A DNA stretch of 64,000 nt from Trichoplax adhaerens. Taxonomy: Eukaryota > Animalia > Placozoa. Positions within the stretch are counted from its first letter, which is position 1. Every line of letters starts with the position of its first letter. Both the position numbers and the translations under genes were made by a program. Under the pieces are notes generated by a model. The model saw only the letters and a list, made by a program, of their open reading frames with translations, was not told the origin of the DNA and ran no database searches. Shown here piece by piece: positions 11,245 to 23,935 of the stretch. Location of the stretch: contig NW_002060966.1 in assembly GCF_000150275.1 (NCBI RefSeq), positions 653,922 through 717,921 on the forward strand, written 5' to 3'.

Positions 11245-13678
11245 CTTGCAATTAAAATATTGGTGAGTCATTGTTACAGTGTTATACACTGCAATATCGA
11301 GGTAATAGCAGAAACAATTATGTTAGGATAATTTTGTTGATTTACCCTTATATGAAGAGTTTCTAATTTAGATATGTGATATTTAAATGTAGCACTTGCT
11401 TTTATGGTGATATATACAGCCTACTGAAATTATTAGTTTTTAATTAGGGAATCGAGAATAATCTTCTTACAATTCAAATCACTGTGATTTTAATTTACTT
11501 ATGGTAGATTGTAGATTATCGTAGAAATGTTCCGTAATAGGACATTCTGACAATTTTTTATTAGTCATTGGATGTCTACGTTCGCATATACTGTTGTCTT
11601 CATTCGGTAGTAGTAGATAAAATTAACCTTTGATTCATTATCAGGTTTAAACGTCAATATGACTAACTAGGATGTCTTTGCGATTGTAAAAGAGTATATA
11701 AATGCGATAAATCGTATAATAAAGAGAGTTCTTATGATTAGTGTTTAACGTAAGATACGAGGCGTCTAAGTCTTTTTGTAATCTATTAGTATAGTAAAAG
11801 AGTTCATGAAAGAGTAGATACTGCTCCCTGATATGTGGTTCAGGGAATCGACTGATTGATCGTGCATTACGTTATCTTGTAGCAAAGCTGTTTTGTAACA
11901 GTAATGACATTCTTTTGAAACATTTTTTCAATTCAAAGAATAGAAATAAGAGAGTTTCTAAAATAATTATATGGAACAAAAATATCCTACAATTAAGCCA
12001 AAAAATATTTGTAAGAAAGTTCGCTTCTTCGACTGTATATAATTCTTATCTGAAAATGATGCGGAATATACCTCCTTTCATTTAATGATCGTCGTCAATT
12101 TGAGCTACAGAAATTACTGCTAACTCTAGCAGACAAAGTATTCTATTATAGAATTAAACGCTATTTAATTATCTTTGTATATTTATAATCTAGACATCAT
12201 AAACAAGAGAATTTGAATTATTTCTGCTCGTATTACAATCTATAAGACTTGGTATTCATTTGAAAATTCTAATCTTATGTTTCTGCTTGATGGGAAATAT
12301 AGACACTTGCTACATCAATATGTTTTAAACGTAAACTCTATTACTAATATAAATATAATTATTTTAATACGTAATTTTACTATCACAATACATTTGAAAG
12401 CAATTATTAGTGCTGTAATCTATTGCTACAGCTACCCTTGCAGCACATGAAGCAGCACAGTACTTATAATAAATTTTACTTTAATCTGTAATACTAATTC
12501 CTCAGCCTATGGTACAGCAACTAGAATCTTTAGGTTAATACACTAACGAATTGCTAGATATAACGTAACTCTCATACTTTCTATTGTTCACTATCCAAGT
12601 TATACACCTATCAGTGGTTATAAATATATTTGTTACGCTATCAGTATTTCTTTGAAAACAATGATATTATTACGATTAAGTTATCATTTACGGATATCTA
12701 AAGTAATAAATAATCTCATTCATGTGTTTATCTCGATTACGAGCTCTATCAACTTTATAAATTTCCAATACCTACATGAAACAAATTACTATTCCGCCGT
12801 AATATCATAAAGATTTGCTTTATTTTTAACAGAAATGGCTATATAGGCTTTATATTTCTAATAAGTTCGAAGAAAATTTTATCGTAAACTGTAAATTTGT
12901 ACGTGAGTTATTTTCATGAAGGTGACGTCTATTAAGCAGTGTCGTTAACATTTTACGTACCGTTAGCCATGGAATCTTCTATGATTTTTCCGTCATTTGC
13001 ATTATTACTATCTATCGCTCTGTTAGTTAGTCTTGTCGATGATAGTGCTAAAAATAATTATGCAATTAAAAAATAGCAGAAAAAGTGGGTTAGGCTACTA
13101 AATTATTTTAACCTTTCAAATGAGCGTAAAATAACATAATTTAGAAAGATACGAGTACACTTGTAATTAAAATTTTTAGTTAAGATACTTTTTAGCCTCA
13201 GTATATTTATTTAGATCACGATAATAACAATTAAATCTAATCAACTATAGCTTTTATACTGAAATTAGTTACTCATCTATTACTAAATCTCAATTAATAT
13301 ATGTTCATTTAGATTGATCAAAATTTGATATATAATTAGAGTATCTAGCTATTGAATAAGTACCGATTATATTTTATTATTGTAGCCATCTATCATTAAA
13401 CATAATGTTACTGATGATGCAACGTGGGAATTATTATTGTTAACAGATAATTTTTAATTTCTGACTATAGTTTCGTTAAATTGCTATTCTGATATGTATT
13501 GGAAGATCTAAAGGGCAGTTAATTTACTGAGAGCATGACTGACAGATTTTGGTTTAATGTTTTAGTCGTACGAATAATAACCTAAGTAACAAACGTAAAC
13601 TTAGCTCTAACGCTAATTACTAGTGAAAGTCAAATATGCTACAGAATAATGAACTATACCTTTTAGAATAAGTATCAA

Positions 13679-15414
13679 TTATATATTACCTGGTTGATAT
13701 GGCGGGTTCTCTGGCTGTTCATTGCAATGATTAAGGGTCCTGCAATTGTTATTTGCCTCACATTTTAACTTTTCTGCTATTTTATCGATTAGTCTTGTCA
13801 ATCTAGAAACATTTATTTGATTTTTTTCACTTAAACTATTTTGCATATCTAAAGCCTTTTGGTACATTTTCTGTGAACTAAGATAGTCTGAAAATAATCC
13901 TAACATTTTGCCAATTTGTTCGTAAATTCTGGCTTGATCTTGTCGTAAAGAATCTTTTTCTGTCATATACTTTTCTGAGCCTAACATTTTATCATCGCTA
14001 CGTCGATATTTTTCTAGCCTTGTCTCACTATAATAAGAGCTTACAAGGTCTAAATTATTCGATTGGCAAACTCTTTCCCGAAGAATAAAACTCGTCTCGT
14101 ACCATTCTTGAGCTTCTTCTAATTGATTTTGTTTCTCGTATACTTCTGCTATGCTATCCATAGTATCCGCCCCAAGTATACCGCGATGTCCAGAGATGGT
14201 AATTTGAATTTTCAAGGATTTTTCAAACATACTCAAGGCTTGCTTAAATTCCCCTTTTGCTAGATAAACTCTACCAATCCCATACAAAGTTTTACTTAAT
14301 TCAACTTCATGCTCAGATCTATCGGAAGATGAGTAAAATGTTTTGCTATATTCATAATACGATATTGAAGTGTCATATTCACCTTTCTTGAAACATATTT
14401 CCCCTAATACATTTTTTAATTTTGCCTTAAATCTTTCACAGTAATCATTTCTTCCTTTGCAATTTTCTTCAGGTGTTAAGAACTTGTAATGCTTCTCAGC
14501 ATCATCTAATTGATCAGAAGCAAAGTAAGCCTTGCTTAAATATTCGTTGGAGATTAGTAATAAATAATCTTGACTTTTGAGTATCTTCTCTTTTATTCTG
14601 TATGATTTTAGGTATTGGATTATAGCTACTCGATAATTACTCTGCAAATAAAATATATTGCCAGCAGTATCGTACAACAAAGCCAGAAATAGTCTTTTTT
14701 TTTCTTTCTCTCGTAGACAATTTTCCACTTTGTTCAATTGATTACTTAGATTCTTTTCACTTATAAGCTGATCTGAATGGACTAAATCAAGACATTCGCT
14801 ACGCTTAGAGTCTTTCTTCATGAGAGGTGATATGCTTTTTAGCTGGGATTGAAGAGATTGTATATATATATTCCAAGCCTGCTCATATTTATGTTGCAAA
14901 ATAAGTACTTTAGCCGCATCATGTTCGATTATAGTATACAACGTCAATCCCTCTTTTTGATCTAAGTAAGTAATTGCTTTATCACAATAGTTTAAAGCTT
15001 CATCGTACTTTTCTTCTCTTATGCAGATGTTAGCTTTTATATTATAACATTTAGCAATTAAAGATCTTTCACAAATATCTTCAGCATATGACACGGCAGT
15101 AGTAAAATATTTATTCGCCTTATCTAATTCATATAATTGAAAGTGGCACGCCATCATACCAGCTGTAGTCCTGAATTTAACTTCCATCAAGTCGTTTTTA
15201 TCAATAAGGTTTTCCTTTCTGTTATCGATTTGATCCACTTGTGTGTACTCATCTATTGCTTTGATATAACTTCCATTCTCATAGAATTTATCTGCTCTAT
15301 TGAGCATAGCTTCCAATTTCTTAATCTGAAAATCTCTCTTTCCAACTTCAGATGACAATTTCTTATTTCGTGAATTATTAGCCAAGTTGAACTTCTCACG
15401 ATAGTGGCTACTTC
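13679..15414 (-). CDS. TPR-repeat exon (internal cassette 15414..13690, phase 1-1)
   Basis: TPR motifs throughout the ORF (ALLYDTAGNIFY, YGIGRVY...ALSMFEKSL). Acceptor tgtatag|GA at 15414, donor CCA G|gtaata at 13690, 1725 nt. Confidence 0.85.
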
Positions 15415-18400
15415 CTATACAGTCAGATGAAGATATAATTAAGTATGCCATATTATTGTATAATATTGTCACGATATGAACCACCGTGAAGAGTAAATGA
15501 CTAGATATGAACTAAATTTCATGAAGAGTTATGACTCATCCATGATAGCAGCTGCCGTAGGGTATTTAAGCTCGGCAGATAAGTGAATAAAAGATGAGTT
15601 CTATAGTTGTTTAATGTAGAAGCAATGGCGTCTAAATTCTTGTGAGATAGTTAAGAGATACTGAATCCCGGAGACTATGGTAATTTCGAGATTTGTTTTA
15701 CGTTATCTTTATCACGAAGATGGTTGTGACAAATATGTACTTCAGTATCAATCATACCATATGCAATATTTTACAAAAGTTTGAAATTAGAAGTGCAAGT
15801 TCATAACGGATCAAATATAGTATATGACTACCGTTAGTATGCTTACATGAACGTTGTTAGAATTCAACGACATCAAAATAGCATACAACAATTCTCAATC
15901 AATTGTCAAACTCTACGGATCAGAAATACTTTTGTTTATTTACTGCTAGGTAATAATATCAAATTTAACTGCGATTTTGCAATCTCATTGGAAGACTCCG
16001 TAGGATTGCTTTGCTAAAGTGTTGAAAGTTGTACATGTACAACTTGTGGATTCTAGAGATTTTAATCAATGGCTCATACTGTATTATAATTTACGATTTA
16101 TCAAATTAATTTCTCATTAAAACGTATATACGAGCCAGTATAATGCTCAAAGATTATTTTTGAAATCTATTTTAATAAAACCATGAACTTGATTTAATCT
16201 GTAAATTAACGTTTCAAATTATCTCAAAAGACATATTTGGCAAGAGCTTCGATTCCTCATTTTCTCCGCTTCATAAACGAATTGACTATTCTACTGAAGA
16301 GCATAAGTACCTACCTTTGCTGTCATGATTCTGAACTATTTGAAGACCTAATTATCATTATAACTGCGAGTCCTCCAATCACCACTAATAGCCTAAACAT
16401 TTTTTCTAGTAACAGCCCACTATCACTATTACTAACAATTTTCACTTATCTATTGTATATACAAGATGCACTATATTCATTCCTGCTGAGACGAATATTG
16501 GGTGCATCATGTCATTGTGGATCAATGAAGCTATAATAACTTCTTCGTGGCATGTCGATACTACCGGCAGATTAGAATTACTATTTCTTTAAATCTTTAG
16601 AAGAAAACATATTTCCTCTATGTTAATAAAAATGGTAGATGTAATGCTATGAAAAGACATAAAAAAAAACTAATTAATCAATTATTCAGCGTGAAGTAGG
16701 TCATTCTAGAAATAGTAGATGGTTGCAATATAAAATATGATTCATGCCGCACAACACTTATAAACCCATTGCAGAAAATTTTATATTCTGGTTAGAATTT
16801 TACTATCGCCCACTCGGTCTTAGCTATAGAGACTCGGCACGAATTGTTGTGATGAAGTCTTAGACAATTGCTAATTGATATAGGTAATTATCAAATAGTA
16901 TATTGATTAGTGGTGTTACTTCTTAAGACTCTTTGTGACAGTTTCAAAGCAACCTTACCATACTAGTAACGATAGGATGAATTACAAATGTAATGAAAGT
17001 TAATTTTCAGAATTCTTCTAGAAGATTTGCATTCTAATAAAATTATGTAAGCATCGCAATTTTTTTAATTTAACTGATTTAGCTTACTTACAGTACATTT
17101 CATTTGCCTCTTCCTAAATTATGAATCCAATTGTAAGTACTTAATTGGGGTTATTATACATGGATACTAGAGAGTATAAACATTGTAATTATTAATTGTT
17201 AAAAAAACTGTAATTTAGCCAAATTAATTCGGTTTTTATTAATAACACATTTCCTCTAATGTGATATTTCGCGTACTCGATTTACTGAGTATGTTGTTTC
17301 AGTCTATACTGTGCAGTGTATGCCAGTGTAATTCAATGTTCTATAGATCATGTTTTAAACTATGATAAAGTCTTAAACTTGTATAGCCCAAAAAAAAATT
17401 TCAAAAAACTATATTACTTCATCATCAATTACGACGGGAATCCGAATATTTCGATCTGAGCTCTACTTTAAGCATGGAAACCTGTGTTAGTGATATTTAG
17501 TTAAGTGGTGTATACTGTCGAACGGTAAGGAATTGATATGATCTGTAGAATGTTAATTATATCACGAGAGAATCACTTTTTGACGGCGTGATTGACTTAA
17601 AGAGTTTCTCTACCCTTTTAGTAATTCTTTTAGTTGATTTGCAAGTGTGCTGTTAAAGTTATAATATGTCGCGACTGCGAGATAACTGCTGACAGATAAT
17701 ATTGTTGTTAAAGATTGATACCTACAGAAATGCTCAAGTTCGTTTAGCAAGTTATCTTGAAAGTACGATAACGTATCAATGATGTTACTGGAAAGTTTAT
17801 AAGGTAGTTATAAGAGGTATTCGTGATACGGTATTGCAAGAATGTTACAATTGTTAAAGGTTAAAATAAAGGTATCGGTATTGGTACCAATGGTTTTTAG
17901 TATTTAAGGAGAGTTTTTTCTCAACGAGATTATGAGAGAAACATAGTAGATAGATTCTTGCGCTCGTTGTGAGTTGAAGGAAAATAAAGAAAACATTTGC
18001 TCGCATACCCCGTGAAGAAATTAATCTGTCGCTGACTCAGGATATCCCTCCGCACGCTTCCCTCCATAATCAGGACTGAATCAGCACATAATAAACTATC
18101 ATCTTTTCTATGTTTTAGCTCAAGTTGAATTCAAAGCAGTGATTAGTTACAAAAAATACTCATTCATTACAGTAATTATTACTCCTATGCAAAAATTTAT
18201 TCTATTACCAATAAAATGCGAATGAAAGTTTAAAAATTGGATTGATTGAATCACGAATGATTTATACTATATTATCAATGAATAGATTTATGTGGATTTG
18301 GCTCTGATGAATTGACATAATATTTCGTATTAAAATCTTACATCCTGTACTTCGATAATACTTTTAGAAGTATCCTTCTACTAATAACTATCGTAGTGCT

Positions 18401-18720
18401 TATTCTTGGATTTTTCTGAAATTTTGTATGATCCTGAAATCGCTCTTCTAAACATTTTGTAATTCGTATTGAAATATCCATAATATACGATACAGTAGAC
18501 TCTTGATTTTCAAAGATATTCCTCATAAAAGCTTTATACACTACAATCACTGATTTTCTCATAACTAAAATACGATTGTTCTAAAATATGATTCGTTCTT
18601 TTACTATCGTACGTCTTCATCTCTTAATATTCGTTATTAATCTGTGATAATTATTTTTTCGAAGTTAAAAATTTTAAATCTAGTTTCTGATTGATGTCAT
18701 AAATCATTAGGCTAATCTTA

Positions 18721-20415
18721 TTAATACGAATAACTCGCACCTGGTTGGTCATATGAATTATTTGACGGAATATAGGTATTTATATTTGTAATATTCGCGT
18801 TATCATTACCTAATGATCTTTTCTTAGCTGCGTCTATCTTATCAATTTCGTCATTCAGCCATTTAAAATTTTCCATATTTTGTCCTTTTAAACATTTTTG
18901 GTGATGTGCAGCGGTTTGGTGATTCTCAAATGATTTTGTATGATTGGAAAATAAGTTATACATCTTGTTAAGTTTAGCATAAACTTCATCTATTTCATTG
19001 CATAGCTTTTTCTTGTTTAAGTCTATTAAAATTCTATCATTCCTGGATATATATTTTTCCCATCTTGTCTCACTGTAATAGGATCTCACGAAATCGATAT
19101 CATATTCATCACAGATATCTTTCCTAAACTGTAAACTTTCCTTGTACTCCTTTATAGAGGTATCAATTTCTTGACGAAGCCAATACAACTCTGCAATTTG
19201 ATCTCGAATATCTGCAATCAACAGGCGGTGATGGCTTGATATTCCCTTTAGAATTTTCATGGACGCTTCCAAATGTTTCTTTGCTGCTTCAAATTGCGAA
19301 CTTCCTAATTTTGCTTTTCCAATCCCGTAATAGGCTTTACTCAATTCAATTTTATCTCCTTTCTTATCTTTGGCAAATTTGACAGCTTCTTCGAAATATT
19401 TTATTGACTCCTTTAAAGGATCTTTCTTGTCATTTCTAAGCGTAGTTTTTCTAGTTCTGAAACAAATTTCACCCAAAATGTTGTTAATTTTCGCTTGTAA
19501 TTGATAATCTACGAATCCTGTATTCTTTATGATTTTTTGTATTATTTTGAAATATTTCTTAGCATTATCTAATTGATCTGAAGCAAAGTATGCATTTCCT
19601 AAATATTCCACCGAATCTGCTCTATGCCAACTGTTTTCTTTGAATCTATTCTTTTTGATATTATATGACTTCATGAAGTAGTTTATAGCTCCTAGATAAT
19701 CACCCTGCATATAAAATACCTTGCCAATGGTATCGTAAAGTAAAGCAAACTTAACAGTCTTTTTCATTTTTGCAGATAACGAAGAATTGAGTTTTTGCAA
19801 AATGCGATTGGCATAACTTTCACTTAGTAGTAATTCATTATCGGACAAGTCTAGAAGTGTAACACGTTTAGCCGTTTTCTCAATACTATTTTGTATGATT
19901 CGTAATTGTTTTGCTAACAACTTCAGAAAAACAGATCGAGCATTTTCAAATTCTTTCCGCAACATATAGATACTAGCTTTACCATATTGAGCCAAAGTTA
20001 ACAAATCATCTTCTTCATTTGAATTTAAAAATTGAATTGCAGCTTTAAAATGATCGAAAGCACTATTATACTCTCCATTTTTTATATAAACATTGCCCAT
20101 TATATAATAAGCTTCAGCTAGTAGAGAACTTGGAGATTTATTTAGGAAATGTGATATTTTTTCAGAAAAATCTTTCTTAGCTTCATCAAGTAGATGCAGC
20201 TGAAATTTAGACTTCATTAAACCAATCCAACTTCTGCAAGTAAGTCTGATATAATCTTTGTCATCTAGGTAATCGTACATGAATTTTTCCTGAATCTGCT
20301 TGTTCGCCTGATCATAACTAGTTATTGCATCATTATAGCTCCCATTATCATAGCAAAGCTCAGCTTGATCAAGTTTAGATGTTAGTAATTGTTCATTTGA
20401 TAGCATATCGTCCAT
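18721..20415 (-). CDS. TPR-repeat exon, probable first coding exon of TPR-TPR-ROCO gene unit 1
   Basis: 567-aa ORF with TPR motifs. First ATG at 20415, donor CCA G|gtgcga at 18741. Confidence 0.85.
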   Translation of the reverse strand: MDDMLSNEQLLTSKLDQAELCYDNGSYNDAITSYDQANKQIQEKFMYDYLDDKDYIRLTCRSWIGLMKSKFQLHLLDEAKKDFSEKISHFLNKSPSSLLAEAYYIMGNVYIKNGEYNSAFDHFKAAIQFLNSNEEDDLLTLAQYGKASIYMLRKEFENARSVFLKLLAKQLRIIQNSIEKTAKRVTLLDLSDNELLLSESYANRILQKLNSSLSAKMKKTVKFALLYDTIGKVFYMQGDYLGAINYFMKSYNIKKNRFKENSWHRADSVEYLGNAYFASDQLDNAKKYFKIIQKIIKNTGFVDYQLQAKINNILGEICFRTRKTTLRNDKKDPLKESIKYFEEAVKFAKDKKGDKIELSKAYYGIGKAKLGSSQFEAAKKHLEASMKILKGISSHHRLLIADIRDQIAELYWLRQEIDTSIKEYKESLQFRKDICDEYDIDFVRSYYSETRWEKYISRNDRILIDLNKKKLCNEIDEVYAKLNKMYNLFSNHTKSFENHQTAAHHQKCLKGQNMENFKWLNDEIDKIDAAKKRSLGNDNANITNINTYIPSNNSYDQPGASYSY

Positions 20416-23329
20416 GTTTACCAAATCTCCTCAAGGTAGTGTGTCTTCTTCTTGTATCAATTAGTGAAAATTAATTATAAGTGTGATTGTAAAGCAATAT
20501 CTAACGTATTTATCGAACAAAATAGATTGAAATTCAGTATAACCTCTGCCAATTTGCTTTTACAGAAATAATAATTTTGTCTAGGAAGGGCCTTGCTATG
20601 ACGAAAAATTCAACTGCACTAGTATAAGCTTAGTAACAGTCTATAAAATTAAAATTAGAAAAGCAGCCATTAATTCATTTTGGTAATAAAGCGGTAAACA
20701 AAGACATGCAAAATTTTAAATTTAAGACTTTTAAGCATAGAAAAAAGTCGTTGAGTTTAAAATTCCTCCTACTATTGTACAGCGTAGTATCGAAAACTGA
20801 CGGGAAATATATTTGTACTGCAGTAAACCAAAATAGACGTAACAATTTTTATCGTAATATAAGTGCATATTCCTATAGCATATCTTAAATTCAGTTAATC
20901 TATCAACATAATGCAGTGTTTTTATTTGAAATAGTGACGATAATTTTGTTTATAATTTTGTTATTATATGATTGTATATGCTGTATATGCAGAATGGCTT
21001 ATGTTCCTTACCACTTCATTGACCTATTATCATCTGCTACTTAGCACGGCAAGCAAAACACCATATTCACTGCACTTATAAAAAAGCCTTATTTACATCT
21101 AACAGTTGCTAAACTTGTATGGATTAGACAGCCATTCTTGCACTTAATCTTGTGTTAACGCAGGTTATCGAACCCAGCTCACTGCGAAGAAATAATCTAC
21201 ATGCATCTAGACTTTTAAATTAATATACTAACCATGAACTAACGCTTATCGAACTCAGCCCACTACGGAAAAAAGCTTTTATTTTATATCTTAATCAACA
21301 ATATGTAAAATAAGTAATTGTAGTTAACAGTAGGAGGATTAATCACAAGATAATATTCTTGTATTAGGTACTTTCGGTGATAAAGAGTAAATAGCGTACT
21401 ACACATTGTGCCGTTGCTTAGCAACGGATATTGTATTATGTATTTAAAAAGAATCTGCATAGGCCATTATTAACGGTAATTATTAGACGCGGAAGTTATA
21501 CAAAGCGTTATCATTTTAAAAATTTGCTATACTGTGAGTCACAAAATCAGATTTAAATTTATTATCGCGTTCTGTCCACAATTTATTCTATCATTTGAAG
21601 CGTCAAAATACAGATCTCTTATTATTCTTACACTCAGCGAAATCTATTGACTATACAGTATATTCGAAATCTTAATATAAATGTCTCAATAGAATTTTTA
21701 TAATACGTACCACAATCGTCTTCTACAAAAAGACACTTACACAATCTTAATCTTAGCTTATTTAGAGTTGCTTCACAGAAACCAATTTAATACTAGTATT
21801 AACATGATTCAAACTTACAGTAACAGTATCTTCACTTTGAAGACTACTGAAATCGTTACCAATGAATTGAATACTCCAGGACTTACCATTAGGCACATAA
21901 GTGCTCGATTTGGCGCAATTATATTTAGTGTGTCTCTCTAAGATTATAATTCATCATAAATTATTGCAAGCAGCAGCAAAAGAGATGTAATAAAGAATTA
22001 TTTCTTTAAGAAATTATCATCGTTTGAAAAATAAACTTTGCTAACTTACTGCATACTGCATGGTTCTTGCATAATACGACGGTATCCATAAATCAGCCGA
22101 ACTAGAGTCAAAAATGACTTTAAATTCCTGAAGTGGCTTACCAATGAAAATTTTACCATAGTATTGCTTCTAATAGTTGATGCCAACAATTTAGCAGGAC
22201 TATCCTTATGTTGTAAATCCTATTAAATGTGGGCGTGCAACATTACTCTGTTCTCTATGTAGATACTAACAAATTTAAATTTATTAATATTACCAGAAAA
22301 TAATATGAGCAAAAAATATTTGTATTTAAATTAGAAAGTTAACAGGACAGTTTCGATAAAATCGACAAATCTTCTACCTAATCTTCAGTTATAAGCCTTT
22401 TGACGCATTTCCTGTCGGATAATAAAATATGACGGATGCTTTTCATCTATTATAACTTGATCCTACAAATTTAAAAGCAGTAATTAAAACTGCATGTTTC
22501 ATATCAATGGTAGCATAGCCTACTGCTGTTGCAATGTCATTTGTATAACTATATATTAGTGATCCTAGCTAGTTATAAAGCTGCTGCTATTCACTTTACA
22601 GAATATTATGGTTGACTAAATTTTTTAGCAAGATTAATTTGCTTAAATTAAGTATTAATAATATCAGAAACTCCTTATCAAAATATTACCAAGTAACAAC
22701 ATAAAATTATTACAGTCTCTCAAACATGGTTCTCTCTTTTTTAGACTTTATTCGAAGTAATTTTTGATACCTTCGTATTCTACCGATATATTAATAAAAT
22801 TTACTGGGAAAATACTAAAATATATTCATCTAAGTACTCTACATAAATTATTCTATTCTTCAATAACCGTACATATATATCATAGCTGCTTATTCCCATC
22901 GCTAGATACCGCAGGGATGCATAGATGTAAGAGTAGCATAGCTATTATAAAGATAAAAGACAAATCTTTTTTTGAATTTTTTTGAATTTTTTTGAATTTT
23001 CGGATCAGATTTGGAGTTGGAATATGCGTTTCACAGAACTTAAAACTATAGCATGAAAGCCTCAGAGGAAAAGTTTATCGAGAACTAGACTTCCTTTGTT
23101 CGTCAACATCGATTTGCATTGAAGACTCGTAACAGCATGTATTAGCGTAGCTTTTGCTCCGATGTAATTTCAATTATATGCTATCATAAAATTAGGATAT
23201 TTCAAGAAAGTCTGTATACCAATTTCGTCTATTAATAGGTATCAGGCAAACTGTCATGGCAATTTGATAGCTACAAGTCATGATATCACATGAATGAATT
23301 GTACTCTGCTTTAATGTTGAGATACCTTA

Positions 23330-23935
23330 TGTAACGAAACTTGGTATTGTGATTGTAAGCTTTTAGCTATATTTAGTAAGATGTACGGAAGCGCAACTTT
23401 CTATATTTATCTTAAGACGTATTTGGTAGCTTGCTACTATGGACTGTAATGGCAAATTCTATACTACAGTACCGGTGACTATATATAGTAAGGTGTTGAG
23501 TTATGACTATATATAATAAGGTGTTGAGTTACTATTAAGGCTGAAGGTAAAAATAGAACTGTAATTCATAAATTAGGATATGCTTAGTTTACCGAACTTT
23601 GACTGCTAAGAATAATATCTACAGAAATACTGCAGTCGTTTCCATATCGAATTAATGATGGATGATCCTCCTTAAAATGTTGTTACTAATAATAATTTGA
23701 CTATGTGTAATTAAATTAAGGTAGAATGTTGCTATGCTGATTGCGGCTGTGACTGCTACGAAATGTATATACTATATAAGCTGGCAACTTTAGACTATTC
23801 AGTTAGTTATTTCTAGAAGTCTTTCAGTAGTTGCATCCGGCTAGAGTAGAGCTGTGTATAGCTAGTCTTTGTATTAGATCTAATTAACTTCTAATTTTCT
23901 ATAACTTGGAATATTCTTGATCTGACTTTATAACT
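23330..23935. mobile_element. Solo LTR, family B (older copy)
   Basis: Homologous along its length to 30986..31537. Starts TGT, has a degenerate TSD (cctta/cttta) and an internal ~28-bp tandem duplication. Confidence 0.6.

Noticed and set aside
18338-18562. 74-aa ORF between the two TPR exons
   Set aside because: No recognisable domain and no phase-compatible splice sites found.
20416-20455. Conserved in-frame TGA six codons upstream of the TPR ATG (also near 60534) as a read-through or selenocysteine site
   Set aside because: Simply explained as paralogous 5' UTR or intron sequence; no SECIS evidence visible.
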